From contig CAWCRP010000009.1 in the NCBI GenBank assembly GCA_963797995.1, positions 55,337 to 119,336 of the forward strand: DNA of 64,000 nucleotides, written 5' to 3'. Every line of letters begins with the position of its first letter. Positions within the stretch are counted from its first letter, which is position 1. The notes below the pieces were generated by a model. It had not been told where the DNA came from and made no database searches. It was given only the letters and a program-made list of their open reading frames with translations. Shown piece after piece: positions 20,397 through 30,846 of the stretch. Source of the stretch: an uncultured Solirubrobacterales bacterium. Lineage in GTDB: Bacteria; Actinomycetota; Thermoleophilia; Solirubrobacterales; 70-9. The translations under genes were made by a program, and so were the position numbers.

Positions 20397-21640
20397 TCAC
20401 GGGAGGAGCTCGACCTGGATTGGCTCCCGCCTCGAGATCCGGCGTCGCCCGGCGGCACGATCGCGAGCGCATCGGCGCCGAGCATCGAGGTGAGCACGTG
20501 CGAACCCTGGGCGGGCGTCAGGCGTCGCGTGCCAGCCGTCCTGGCCGAGCTCGAGCCGGCACCGGACGAGCTGGGTGCGGTTCGCCATCACCGGCTGCGG
20601 CGCGGTCAGCGCTGCGCTCGTGCGCTCTGTCCGGATACGGGGTCGGCGCCGAGCTGCCGGCGGATCGCCGGGCGGGCGAAGAGGAGGAAGGTGACCATGG
20701 CCGAGACCGGGTTGCCGGGGAGGCCGAAGACGAGGCCGCGCGCCGGTCCGACGCCCTGCCGCATCGGGGCGACGCCGAACCAGGTCGGCTTGCCCGGGCG
20801 AAGCGCGACGCCCCAGAAGACCTGCTCGGCCCCGAGCCGCTCGAGGGCGCCCTTGACGTGATCGTGCTCGCCCACCGAAACGCCGCCGCTGACGACGGTG
20901 ACGTCGGAGGTCAGGGCGCGGTCGAGCGCGGCCTCCGTCGCCTCCGGCGTGTCGGCGACGAGCTCGACCAGTGCCAACTCGCCACCCGCCTCCTGAGCGA
21001 GTGCGGCGAGCGTGTGGGCGTTCGAGTTCCGCACCGCTCCCGGGCGCAGCGGCTCGCCCGGCTCCTGGAGCTCGTCGCCCGTCGTCAGCACCGCGATCCG
21101 CGGGCGCCGGGCGCAGACGACGCGCTCCCGGCCGACCGACGCGAGCACGCCGATCTCGGCCGAGCCGATCTCGGCGCCCGGCTCGAGCACCCGATCGCCG
21201 ACGGCGATGTCCTCGGCGGCGCGGCGGATGTCGCGCCCGCTCTCGACCGCGACCCGGATCGCGACCGTCCCCTCACGCGACCCGTCGGTGTCCTCGATCC
21301 TGACCACGGCGTCGGCGCCGCCCGGCACCATCGCCCCGGTCGAGATCGCGATCGCCTCGCGCGGGCCGAGCGCCTCGGCGGCGGGGTGGCCGGCTCGCGA
21401 CTCACCGATGAGGGCGAGCTCGATCGGCGATTCGGCTCCCGCGCCGGCGGTGTCGCTCGCGCGCACCGCGTAGCCGTCCATCGCCGAGTTGTCGAAGCCG
21501 GGTACCGCATCGGGGCTGTCGATCGGCTCGGCGAGCACGCGTCCGAGCGCCTCGCCTACGGCGACCGGCTCCGGCCCGAGCGGCACAGCGCGCTCGAGCA
21601 CGAGCCTGCGCGCGTCATCGATCCCGATCAGCTCCGCCAA
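20397..21640 (-). pseudogene. moeA: Molybdopterin molybdenumtransferase MoeA, at least 2 frame breaks in the C-terminal domain as assembled
   Basis: ORF 20606..21640 has PGFDNSAMDGYAVRA, LTTGDEL and SGGVSVGEHDHVK. The C-terminal domain (RTQLVRCRLELGQDGWHATP...SHVLTSMLGADALAIVPPG...GEPIQVELLP) is split over two further frames. Confidence 0.85.
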
Positions 21641-21890
21641 GACCGCTCAGTATCGCGGCTGGCGAGCGGGTGAGGAGCCGTTCGAGGACGAGCGGGTTCG
21701 ATGCGAGACCGTTGAGGGTCGCCGCGTCCACATCCTGCAGCGATGACTCGTCGATCTTTGTCCCCTTGAGGGTGTTCCGGCGAATGTCGGCGCCGAGGCT
21801 GAGTCGATTGACACCCGATCCTATCCCTGGATGGACCTTCGCTGCCCGCGATCGTGCCGGCACGGACTACTCCAATGGGACACTGGGTAG

Positions 21891-22541
21891 GTGAAGCGCG
21901 CTGTGACGGTCGGAGCGGTTCTCGCGGGCGGGCGAAGCCGCCGAATGGGGCAGCCGAAGGCGCTGGTCGAGCTCGGCGGGCGGCCGCTGGTCTCGCGCGT
22001 CGTCGCGGCCGTCGGATCGGCCGGCCTCGAGCCGATCGTGGTCGCGAAGCCCGACTCCCAGCTACCGCGGCTCGACTGCCGCGTGCTGAGCGAGCCGCCG
22101 GAGCCGCAGCACCCGCTGACCGGCCTGGTCACGGCGCTGCGCGCGAGCGCGGGTCGCGGGGTGGTAGCCATCGCCTGCGACATGCCGCTGGTGCCGGCGA
22201 AGCTGCTCACCTGGATCTCCCATCTCGAGGAGGAGGTCGCTGTTTGCGAGGTCGGCGGGCGGATGCAGCCGCTGCTCGGTCGCTACTCGCCGGGCGTCGT
22301 CGATCGGCTGGCCGAGGCGCTCGCCGACGGCGCGTCGATGACCGAGGCGGTCACCGCGCTGGATCCGTTCGTGATCCGCGAGCAGAGCCTCGCACGCTTC
22401 GCCGACCCGGAGCGGATCGTCTTCAACGTCAACACCCCGGAGGACGTCCAGATCGCCGAGGACCTGCTCGCGGGGAGGATCAGCCGGGTGGCGGATGGGG
22501 CGCGGCGACGCCTTGCGGGGGCGCTTCGCCGGCGCGAGTGA
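21891..22541 (+). CDS. mobA: Molybdenum cofactor guanylyltransferase MobA
   Basis: GAVLAGGRSRRMGQPKALVELGGRPL (MobA N-terminal motif) and the CDMPLV motif. The 3' end overlaps the convergent YdeP-like gene by about 60 nt, so the true stop is uncertain. Confidence 0.8.
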   Translation: MKRAVTVGAVLAGGRSRRMGQPKALVELGGRPLVSRVVAAVGSAGLEPIVVAKPDSQLPRLDCRVLSEPPEPQHPLTGLVTALRASAGRGVVAIACDMPLVPAKLLTWISHLEEEVAVCEVGGRMQPLLGRYSPGVVDRLAEALADGASMTEAVTALDPFVIREQSLARFADPERIVFNVNTPEDVQIAEDLLAGRISRVADGARRRLAGALRRRE

Positions 22542-24771
22542 CGCTGACGCGGACGTTGTAGTCCGGGATCCCCGCCTCCGGCGAGCGGATCCCGTCGCCG
22601 ATCAGGACGTTGCCCTCGGGCCAGTGGACCTGGACGTTGCCGGGCGAGATCGCGGCGATCAGCGCGCGCCCGTCGAGCTCGCCGATGTCGGATACGACGC
22701 GCACGGCCTCGCCGTCGGCGACGCCGAGGCGCTGCGCATCCTCGGCGCTCATCAGGACCGCCTCCCGCGCGGCACCCGTGAGCGCGTCGCGCCGCTCCTG
22801 GACCATCGAGTTGAACTGCTTGCCGCGGCGCGTCGAGAGCGCCAGGCGGCCGTCGTCGGCGAGCGGCTCGGGCACCTCGACGGCGGAGAAGTGGGCCTTG
22901 CCGTCCGCGGTCGGGAACTCGGGGCCGTCGCAGAGCATCGGCCCGCCGTACTGGAACTGGTCGCCGCGCTCGGCGAGCTTCTCGATCCCGCGATAGAGCG
23001 GCACCACCTCGGCGATCTCGGCGCGGATCGCGGCGGTGTCGTCGAAGCGGACCCGCTCGGCGATCTCCGGCCGCGCGCGGGCCGAGATCTCGCTCAGGAC
23101 CTCCCACTCCGGCCGGGCCTCCTCGATCCGCCGGCCCGGGATCTCGGGGCTGAAGATGACCCGGCGCTCGGTGCTGGTCTCGGTCACCCCGCCCTCGATC
23201 TCGTAGCGCGTCGTCGCCGGGAGCACGAGCACGTCCTCGGCCGGCTCGACGAGCATCTGGCTCGAGAGCACGATGTCCATGTGGACGCGGAGGGGGATCG
23301 AGCCGAGCGCGTGCCCGGACGCCGTCGGGGTCGGGGAGCACGTCCAGGAAGTTGCCGCCGACGCTGAAGAGCAGGTCGAGCTCGCCGCGGCCGGCGGCGT
23401 CGAGCATCTCCGGTGCCTTCAGTCCGGGCGTCGGCCGGAACCTCGAATCCCCACTTCTCCGAGAGCTCGGCCGCGCTGTCGGGGTCGAGCGGCACGCCGC
23501 CGGGAAGGGCGGTGGAGTAGCAGCCCATCTCGGCGCCGCCCTGGACGCCGGAGTGGCCGCGGATCGGCATCAGGCCGCAGCCCTCGCGCCCGACGAAGCC
23601 GCGCGCGAGGGCCAGGTTGACGATCGCGCGCACGTTGTCCTCGCCGTTGGCGTGCTGGGTGACGCCCATGCTCCAGACGAGCACCGCGCGTCTTCGCCTC
23701 GCCGAGCATCCGCGCGAACGCCTCGCATCTCCGCGCGCGTGGTGCCGGAGAGGCGCTCGAGCTGCTCCCACGACGCGGCCTCGATCGACTTGCCGCAGCT
23801 CCGTCGAAGCCCCTCGTGCGCTCGGCGACGAAGCGCTTGTCGACGAAGCCGCCCTCGATCAGGTGCCTTCAGCGCCCCGGCGAGGAAGCCGACGTCGCCG
23901 CCGGTGTGGAGCCGAAGAAGTCGGTCGGTGATCTTGGTGCCGAAGAGCGCGCTCTCGAGGTTCGAGGGGATCCAGTAGCGCTCCATGCCCGGCTCGCGGT
24001 ACGGGTTGACCATCACGACCTTCGTCCCCGCCTTCTTCGCGTAGGTGCAGGTACTTCGTCGTCACCGGCTGGTTGTTGGCCGGGTTGGAGCCGATGAAGA
24101 CGAGCAGGTCGGTGCCGATCCAGTCGCTGTAGGAGCAGGTGGTCGCGCCGACGCCGAGCGCCTCCTTGAGCGCGAACGTGCTCGGCGAGTGGCAGACGCG
24201 GGCGGCGTTGTCGATCGAGTTGGTGCCCGATCGCGCGGACCGCCTTCTGGGCGGCGTAGTAGGTCTCGTTGGCGGTCCCGCGGCTGGTCAGGTAGAAGCC
24301 GAGCCGATCGGGCGTCGATGGCGCGGATCCGCTCCGCGACCAGGTCGAGCGCCTCGTCCCACGCGATCCGGCTGAAGCCGGGCTCGCCACGGCGGCGAAG
24401 CATCGGGTAGGGGAGGCGGCCGAGCTCGCGCAGCTCGGCGCTGCTTCGCCTGGCGAGAGCGCTGCGACGTCCGCCGAGCACCGCCGGGTCGAGCGCGGGC
24501 ATCGTGTTCAGGCGCAGCAGGCGCAGCCGGATGTTGCACAGGTGCGGTGCCGTCGATCGTCCAGTCGCTGCAGCCCGGCGATGCCCAGCGCGCAGCCGTC
24601 GCAGACGCCCTGGTTGAGGATCCGCCAGGCGTAGCCGGCCTCGTCGCGGTTCTCCCGCATCGCCCGGAAGACCTCGCGGTAGTTGTTCGGCCGCTGCTCG
24701 CCGAGCCCGAGCGGCTTCAGGCTCGCCCAGTTCGACGGCGTCGGACGGCGCTTCGGCTTTCTCAGGGCCAC
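22480..24771 (-). pseudogene. FdhF/YdeP-family molybdopterin oxidoreductase, many frame breaks as assembled
   Basis: The N-terminus [47 protein letters not shown] is YdeP-like. Later fragments (MGVTQHANGEDNVRAIVNLALARGFVGREGCGLMPIRGHSGVQGG, and the C-terminal fragment 22480..23280) lie in all three minus frames. My estimate is at least 6 breaks. Confidence 0.8.
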
Positions 24772-24812
24772 CAGGGCCTAACTTGTACTCGCATGGACGG
24801 CGACGACGAGCG

Positions 24813-25551
24813 ATGCTGGCCCGAGTCGAGCGCGATGGCGAGCCCGACCGGGTCGCCGTGGAGGAGCCGCTCGAGATCCGCGTCGACGGCGCGCCGGTCG
24901 CGGTGACGATGCGAACGCCGGGTCACGACGAGGAGCTCGCCCTCGGGATTTCTCCACGGCGAGGGGCTGATCGACGGTCCGCGCGAAGCCGGGCCGACGC
25001 GCGACTTCGCCGCCAACGTGGTCGAGGTCGCGGGCCCGCTGCTCGCGCGCCGTCCCGGAGCGGCGCTTCTACACGACCTCCTCGTGCGGGGTCTGCGGCA
25101 AGGGCGCGCTCGAGGAGGTCGCGGTCCACTCGCCGCCGCTAGGTGAGGGCCCGTGGTCGACGCGGGGCCTGCTCGCCGACCTGCCCGAGCGCCTGGTCCA
25201 GCCGGCATTCGAGGGCAGCGGCGGCCTGCACGCGACGGGCCTCTTCGACGCCGCCGGCGAGCTCGTCTGCGTGCGCGAGGACGTCGGCCGCCACAACGCG
25301 CTCGACAAGGTCGTCGGCTGGGCGCTGCCGAGGGGCGTCTGCCGCTCGGCGATCAGGTGCTCTGCGTCAGCGGGCGGCTGGCGTTCGAGCTGGTGCAGAA
25401 GGCGGCCGTCGCCGGCTGTCCGATCCTCGTCGGCGTCGGCGCGCCGACCTCGCTCGCGATCGAGCTCGCGGCCGACCGCGGGATGACCCTGGCCGGCTTC
25501 GCCCGCGGCGGCAGCGTGAACATCTATGCCGGCCCTGAGCGGGTCGCCTAG
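24813..25551 (+). pseudogene. fdhD: Formate dehydrogenase accessory sulfurtransferase FdhD, at least 3 frame breaks as assembled
   Basis: [29 protein letters not shown], then [36 protein letters not shown] and VSGRLAFELVQKAAVAGCPILVGVGAPTSLAIELA are found in different frames. Confidence 0.8.
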
Positions 25552-25562
25552 CGCGAGCCCCG

Positions 25563-25964
25563 ATGCCCGGAACGGAACAAGAGATGGTCGAACGATCTGC
25601 GCCGCACTTACGAGGCGCTGAATCGCGTGGACTTCGATGCGGGCGACGGAGATCTCCACCGCGAGATCGAGTTTGTCAGGCCCGGAGGTCTAGCCACGTT
25701 GAGGGGCGCGGACGCGGTCCGGGCATGGGTGGAGCCGGACGCATTGGAAAACCAGCAATGGGAGCCGCTGGAGTTCCGGGTCCACGGCAGGAAGGTCTCG
25801 TGCGCCAGCGGGTCTCAGCTCGCGGGGCCAGTAGCGGGATCGAGGTGGACCTCGAGACATGTCGCCGTTTGGACATTCGACGAGCTGGACTGGTGATCCG
25901 CGTCGCGGCGTACTTCATCGAGCAAGAGGCCGAAGCCCTCGAGGCCGCGGGCCTGCCGGGGTAG
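25563..25964 (+). pseudogene. SnoaL/NTF2-like small protein, frameshifted as assembled
   Basis: NDLRRTYEALNRVDFDAGD...LEFRVHGRKV...GIEVDLET...VIRVAAYFIEQEAEALEAAGL is assembled from two or more frames. The fold assignment is tentative. Confidence 0.4.
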
Positions 25965-25979
25965 CGAGAGGAGTCCGCG

Positions 25980-26465
25980 CTAGGCGATCGCGGCGGCTTC
26001 CGCGGGCGTCGCTCCGTCGCGACGTCATTGCAGGTGCTTCCGGTGACCTTCCCGAGCGCTTCGGCGACGAGCTCCGCCTGATCATCGGTCAGCGTCGCCA
26101 GGTGTCGGCCGATCTCGGCGCTGTAGACGCTCGCGCATCTCTTCGAGGATCTCCTCGCCCGCGGGCGTGAGCTCCGCTTGCAGGCTGCGCCGGTCATCGG
26201 CACACGAGACGCGATCGAGGTAGCCGGCCTGCTGGAGGCGATCGACGAGCTTCGTGATCCCGCCGCGGCTCAGGGTGAGGTGCTCGGCGAGCTCGCTCAT
26301 CTTCGGCGGCCCGTTCGGGCTCCGCTTCACGGCCCAGAGCAGCTCGAACCAGCTGAGCGGGGGCAGGTCCGCGGCCGCGAGCGCCTTCTGCACGCGCTCG
26401 GTGACCGCGGCGTGGCTGGTGACGACGGCGCGCCAGGCCTCGAGTCGCGCTTCGGCGGAGCTCAT
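25980..26465 (-). CDS. MarR-family transcriptional regulator (one frame break near the C-terminus; stop uncertain)
   Basis: LSWFELLWAVKRSPNGPPKMSELAEHLTLSRGGITKLVDRLQQAGYLDRVSCADDRRSLQAELTPAG is a winged-HTH MarR core. The tail continues in another frame (ASVYSAEIGRHLATLTDDQAELVAEALGKV). Confidence 0.75.
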
Positions 26466-26484
26466 GGGTAAATGGTAGCTGAGG

Positions 26485-26538
26485 AAACAGTTTGCCTGGA
26501 AACTACTTATGGTAAAGTGATTGACACAGAAACTGTTT
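26485..26538. promoter_or_regulatory. Pair of 9-bp palindromes in the AT-rich marR-doxX divergent region (candidate MarR operators)
   Basis: AAACAGTTT (26485-26493) and AAACTGTTT (26530-26538) are each AAAC-N-GTTT palindromes, and they are reverse complements of each other. TTGACA lies at 26521-26526. This is the most AT-rich stretch I saw in the window. Confidence 0.4.
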
Positions 26539-26562
26539 ATTCGTCAACTAGGAGGCATCGGA

Positions 26563-27093
26563 ATGGAGCTTGCGCTTATCGCACTGAGGATCGTGGTCGG
26601 GCTCGGGTTCGCCGCCCACGGGGCCCAGAAGCTGTTCGGTTCCTTCGGGGGCCACGGGATCGACGGGACGGCCGGCTTCTTCGAGCAGATCGGCCTGCGT
26701 CCGGGAAGGGCTCACGCCATCGGAGCCGGGACCGCCGAGTTCGCGGGCGGCCTGCTGATCGCCGCCGGGCTCGTCACTCCGTTCGCAGCCGCTGCGCTGA
26801 TCGGAGTGATGGTCGCCGCGGTGCTGACCGTGCACCTGAAGAACGGATTCTTCGTCACCGAGAACGGCTACGAGTACAACCTCACGCTCGCGGCGGTTCT
26901 ATTCGCCCTCGCGGGCATCGGCGCCGGTGAGTGGTCGCTGGACAACGCGATCGGCCTCAACGTCGCCGGGACGGAGTGGGCGCTCGCCGCGCTTGCGGCC
27001 GGAGTGCTCGGCGGCCTCGGCGCCGTATTCACCGGTCGCTTGATCGGCGACCGCGAGCAGGCCCCCGGCGAGGGCCAGCCGCACGCCGCCTGA
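26563..27093 (+). CDS. DoxX-family membrane protein
   Basis: A GGAGG RBS at 26551 precedes MELALIALRIVVGLGFAAHGAQKLFG (DoxX signature). Four hydrophobic segments. Confidence 0.75.
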   Translation: MELALIALRIVVGLGFAAHGAQKLFGSFGGHGIDGTAGFFEQIGLRPGRAHAIGAGTAEFAGGLLIAAGLVTPFAAAALIGVMVAAVLTVHLKNGFFVTENGYEYNLTLAAVLFALAGIGAGEWSLDNAIGLNVAGTEWALAALAAGVLGGLGAVFTGRLIGDREQAPGEGQPHAA

Positions 27094-27100
27094 CGCACCT

Positions 27101-29319
27101 AGGCAGGCACGGCAGCGGCCTCGGAGCGCTCCCGCTCCGGGGCCGCGGCTACGGCTTCGACCCGCACCGGGATCCCGTTCAGGAACGCCATGCCGGCGAG
27201 CCGCTCGAGGTCGTCCGGGTCCGAGGAGGCGAGCTGGTTCACGTTCGCGCCGCCGGCGGCGTTGGCGACGCTCCAGCCGCCGCTGTGGCCCCAGCCGTGC
27301 GGGACGGCGATCGAGCCCTGCTTGATCTCGTCGGTGAGCGTCGCCTCGATCTCGATCGAGCCGTGCGGCGGAGCTGACCCGGCAGACGTCGCCGTCGCCG
27401 AGCCCGAGCGCCTCGGCGTCGTCGGGATGGATCCGCGCCGCGTGCTCGCGCCCGCCGCGCATCAGCAGCGGCGCGTTGTGCATCCACGAGTTGTGCGAGC
27501 GCAGCTCGCGCAGGCCGATCAGCCGCAGCGGGAAGTCCGGGTCGTGACCGTTCGGCCGCCTGCAGGCGCTCGACCTCGGCGACGATCTCGGGCGCGTCGA
27601 GAGCGACGCGTGCGGTCGCCGTGGCGGATCTGCTTGCCGCAGCACGTCCGCGGCGAGGTGCTCGGCGAGGACGATCCCGTGCGGGTTCTCGCGCCAGCTT
27701 CTTGACGCTGAGGCCGCCGCGGCGCAGGCCGAACAGGTCGCCCTTCGGGCCCGGTGCGAAGCAGCAGGTCGACGAGGCGGCGCGGGCGAGAGCTTGATCC
27801 CGACCCGGCCGAGCTGGCGGAGCGGCCACGAGCTCGACGGCGACGACCCCGATCCGCGCGGAGATCTCCTCGATGACCTCCCACTCCTGGCGCGCCTCGC
27901 CGCGCGGCTGCGACGACCGCCTCGGTCATCTGGATGAACGGCGTCGTGAAGTAGGGCGAGGAACGGGAGCGGGAAGTCCTCGCGCTCGTACATCGTCGTC
28001 GCCGGGCAGCACGTAGTCGCAGTGGCGCGACGGTCTCGGTGACGTAGAGGTCGATCGCGACCGAGAGGTCGAGCTCGCCCATCGCGGCCTCGAGCTCGTC
28101 GCCGTTGGGGACCGAGAGCACCGGGTTGCCGGCGGAGAAGAACATCGCCCGGATCTGGCCCTCGCCGGGCGTCGTGATCTCCTTCGCCATCACCGAGGCC
28201 GGCAGCGAGCCGAGCACCTCGGGCAGGTCGCCGACCCGCGAGCGCACCTTCGTCGTAGGTGCCGAGGCCGACCAGGTCGGCGACCGCGGCTGAAGTCGAC
28301 CGGCGGATCGCCGAACATCGCCCCGCCCTCGCGGTCGAGGTTGCCGGTGACGACGTTGAGCGCGTCGAGCAGGAACGCGACGAGGGTGCCGTTGCGCCCG
28401 AGGCAGGAGCCGGTGCGCCCGTAGACCGCGGCGCGTTCGGCGCGCGGCAAGGTCGCGGGCGAGCGCGCGCACCTCGTCGGCCGGCGACGCCGGTCCGGGC
28501 CTCGGTGCTCCTCGGGCGTGTGGTCGGCGGCGAGCGCGCCGCAGCGTCGTCGATGCCGCGTCGACTGCGCGCGCGATCGCCTCGCGGTCCTCGAGGCCCT
28601 CGGCGAAGATCACCTGGAGCATCGAGAGCAGCAGCCACGCGTCGGCGTCGGGGTGGACGGCAGACGTGCTCGAACGCGCGCGCGGTCTCCGAGCGGCGCG
28701 GGTCGACGACGACGACGCGCCCGCCGCGCTCCGGTGATCGCGTGCAGCTGGTCCTTGATCCGCGGGGCGCTGAGGACGCTGCCGTGCGAGACGAGCGGGT
28801 TGGCGCCGACGATGAGCAGGAAGTCGGTCCGCGCGAGGTCGGGGATCGGGACGAGGAAGGGCGAGCCGTAGAGGAACCAGCTGGCGGCGAAGCGGTTCGA
28901 TACGTCCTGCGAGGAGGCCGTGTAGGAGTGCGGGGAGCCGAGCGCGTCGAGGAAGCCCTTGACCCAGAGCGGGTGCGAGTAGGAGAAGGCGCCGGGGTTG
29001 CCCATGTACCAGCCGACCGCGTCGCCGCCGTGCTCGTCGACGATCGCCTTCAGGCGCGCGCCGATGTCGTCGAGCGCCTCGGGCCAGGTGACGCGCTCGA
29101 AGCTGCCGTCGGCGCTGGCGCTTGAGCGGGTGCAGGACGCGGTCGGGGTCGTTCTGGACGTCGGCCATCGCGATCCCCTTCGGGCAGGCGAAGCCCGGCG
29201 GAGAGCGGGTGGTCGGCGTCGGGGCGGATCTTGGTCAGCTCGCCGTCCTCGACCGTGGCGACCATGCCGCAGAGCGGCTCGCAGATCCGGCAGTAGGTGA
29301 CCTTCTCCTCGGTGGCCAA
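27101..29319 (-). pseudogene. Molybdopterin-dependent oxidoreductase (MopB superfamily, about 739 aa), many frame breaks as assembled
   Basis: N-terminal 4Fe-4S box YCRICEPLCGM. Internal GWYMGNPGAFSYSHPLWVKGFLDALGSPHSYTASSQDVSNRF...LLIVGANPLVSHGS. The C-terminal barrel SHNSWMHNAPLL...IHPDDAEALGLGDGDV ends at the TAG at 27101-27103. Fragments alternate among all three minus frames, and I estimate at least 8 breaks. Confidence 0.8.
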
Positions 29320-29426
29320 TTCGACCCCTTCCCTTGCGTTCGCGGCAGAGCGCGCCGATTGTCACACACCTGGAACGGGCGTGCCATTTAACGGTCCGCT
29401 CTGACTGTTTCCACGTTTCGTCTCCT

Positions 29427-29661
29427 TCAGGTCTCCTCCCCCGGGGTGGATGGGCCGGAGACACGATCGGCGGCGGCGCGGAGCTCTCCAAGCGTCGCCC
29501 CGGTACGGCCGCCGAGCCAGCAGGCGACCGGTGCCGCGATCCGCTCCGAGGAGTGCGCGGCGACGGCGGCGAGATCGAGGATCGCCTCGAGCTCCTCCTT
29601 CGTCGGCGGCTCCTGGCCGACCTCGTGCGGCGAAGGCGTCGACCCACTCCCGTGCGTTCAT
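29427..29661 (-). CDS. DUF6457-like small protein (one frame break as assembled)
   Basis: A GAAGGAGGAGAG RBS is followed by MNAREWVDAFAA. After a 1-nt shift it continues HEVGQEPPTKEELEAILDLAAVAAHSSERIAAPVACWLGGRTGA...GEET. The family name is recalled from similar actinobacterial Mo-enzyme neighbourhoods. Confidence 0.55.
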
Positions 29662-29681
29662 CTCTCCTCCTTCGTTTGCCT

Positions 29682-30083
29682 ATGCAATGCTTATGCAGAT
29701 GGCGCGATCTGACCCTTGGCGACGCGGCCCGCGCGATCGGCGTCAGCGTCGACACGCTGCGTCGCTGGGACCGGGCCGGGAAGATCCGCACCGTCCGCGA
29801 CGAGCGTAACCGCCGCCTGGTGCCCGCGGACGAGGTCGAGCGGCTCAGCTCCCATCCCGATCGCCACCGGACCGGAGACACGTTCTCGGCCCGCAACCGG
29901 TTCAGCGGCGTCGTCACGTCGGTCGAGGTCGACGGGGTCATGGCGCTGGTCGAGATCGAGGCGGGACCGCACCGGATCACCGCGGCGATCACCCGCGACT
30001 CGGTCGAGGAGCTCGGGCTCGCCGAGGGCGTAGCCGCGACCGCGATGGTGAAGGCGACCTCGGTGATGGTGGAGCGGTCTTGA
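29682..30083 (+). CDS. Excisionase/MerR-type HTH plus TOBE (Mop) domain molybdate-responsive regulator candidate
   Basis: LTLGDAARAIGVSVDTLRRWDRAGKI is the HTH. SARNRFSGVVTSVEVDGVMALVEIEAGPHRITAAITRDSVEELGLAEGVAATAMVKATSVMV is the TOBE fold. The start codon is uncertain (ATG 29682, or ATG 29699 with an indel). The stop overlaps the modA start (TTGA). Confidence 0.7.
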   Translation: MQCLCRWRDLTLGDAARAIGVSVDTLRRWDRAGKIRTVRDERNRRLVPADEVERLSSHPDRHRTGDTFSARNRFSGVVTSVEVDGVMALVEIEAGPHRITAAITRDSVEELGLAEGVAATAMVKATSVMVERS

Positions 30084-30846
30084 GTCGCGGCGCGCGCTCG
30101 CGACGGCGGCCGTGCTGGCGCTGCTCGGTCGCGGCCGGCTGTGGCGACGAAGAAGATTCGGGGACGACGCGGTCGTCGTCTCGGCGGCGTCGTCGCTCGA
30201 GACGGCGTTCACCGAGTACGCGGAGTCCGCGGGACTTCGACGCGAAGCAGTCCTTCGCCGGCTCCGACGACCTCGCGGCGCAGATCCGAGCGGGCGTCAC
30301 TCCGCGACGTCTACGCCGCGGCGAACACCTCGCTGCCCGAGGAGCTCCACGCCGACGGGCTCGCGGCGGAGCCGATCGAGTCTTCGCCACCAACGAACTC
30401 GTCCTCGCCGTGCCCGACGGACTCGACGATCGAGGCGCTCGAGCGACCTCGGGCGAGCCGGGCCTGGCGCTCGCGATCGGCGACGAGGGGGTCCCGGTTG
30501 GCGACTACACCCGGGAGGTCCTCGGCGGCCTCGAGCCCGGGCTCGAGCAGGCGATTCTCGCGGAACGTCCGCTCGCTCGAACCGGACGTCGCCGGCATCG
30601 TCGGCAAGCTCACGCAGGGCGCGGTCGACGCCGGCTTCGTCTACGTCACCGACGTCGTGGCCACCGACGGCGCGCTCGAGGCGGTCGAGCTGCCCCCGCC
30701 GCTGGCCCCCGAGGTCGCCTACGGGGCGGTCGTCGTCGAAGGAGCAGAGAATCCGGAGCGCGCCGAGTCGTTCATCGACGGCCTGCTCGAGGGGCGCGGG
30801 CGCCGACGCGCTGGCCGACGCAGGCTTCGGCCCGCCTCCGAAGTGA
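30080..30846 (+). pseudogene. modA: Molybdate ABC transporter substrate-binding lipoprotein ModA, at least 4 frame breaks as assembled
   Basis: The lipobox VAAGC, VVVSAASSLETAFTEYAE, SFAGSDDLAAQIRAGV, DVYAAANTSLPEEL, VFATNELVLAVP, PVGDYTREVLGGL and AVDAGFVYVTDV are distributed over three frames. Confidence 0.8.

Noticed and set aside
22480-22541. Convergent coding overlaps, mobA with the YdeP-like gene (about 60 nt) and modC with EamA (32631..32725, 95 nt), as possible functional antisense overlaps.
   Set aside because: In this stop-poor DNA, ORFs commonly over-run their true ends, and the local assembly contains indels. The overlaps most likely reflect mis-placed stops.
22480-29319. Selenocysteine recoding or programmed ribosomal frameshifting as an explanation for the interrupted Mo-enzyme genes.
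   Set aside because: The interruptions are numerous frame changes rather than a single in-frame TGA. The same kind of break affects unrelated genes (ligA, surE, modA, hypF). No slippery heptamer or SECIS-like context was evident.
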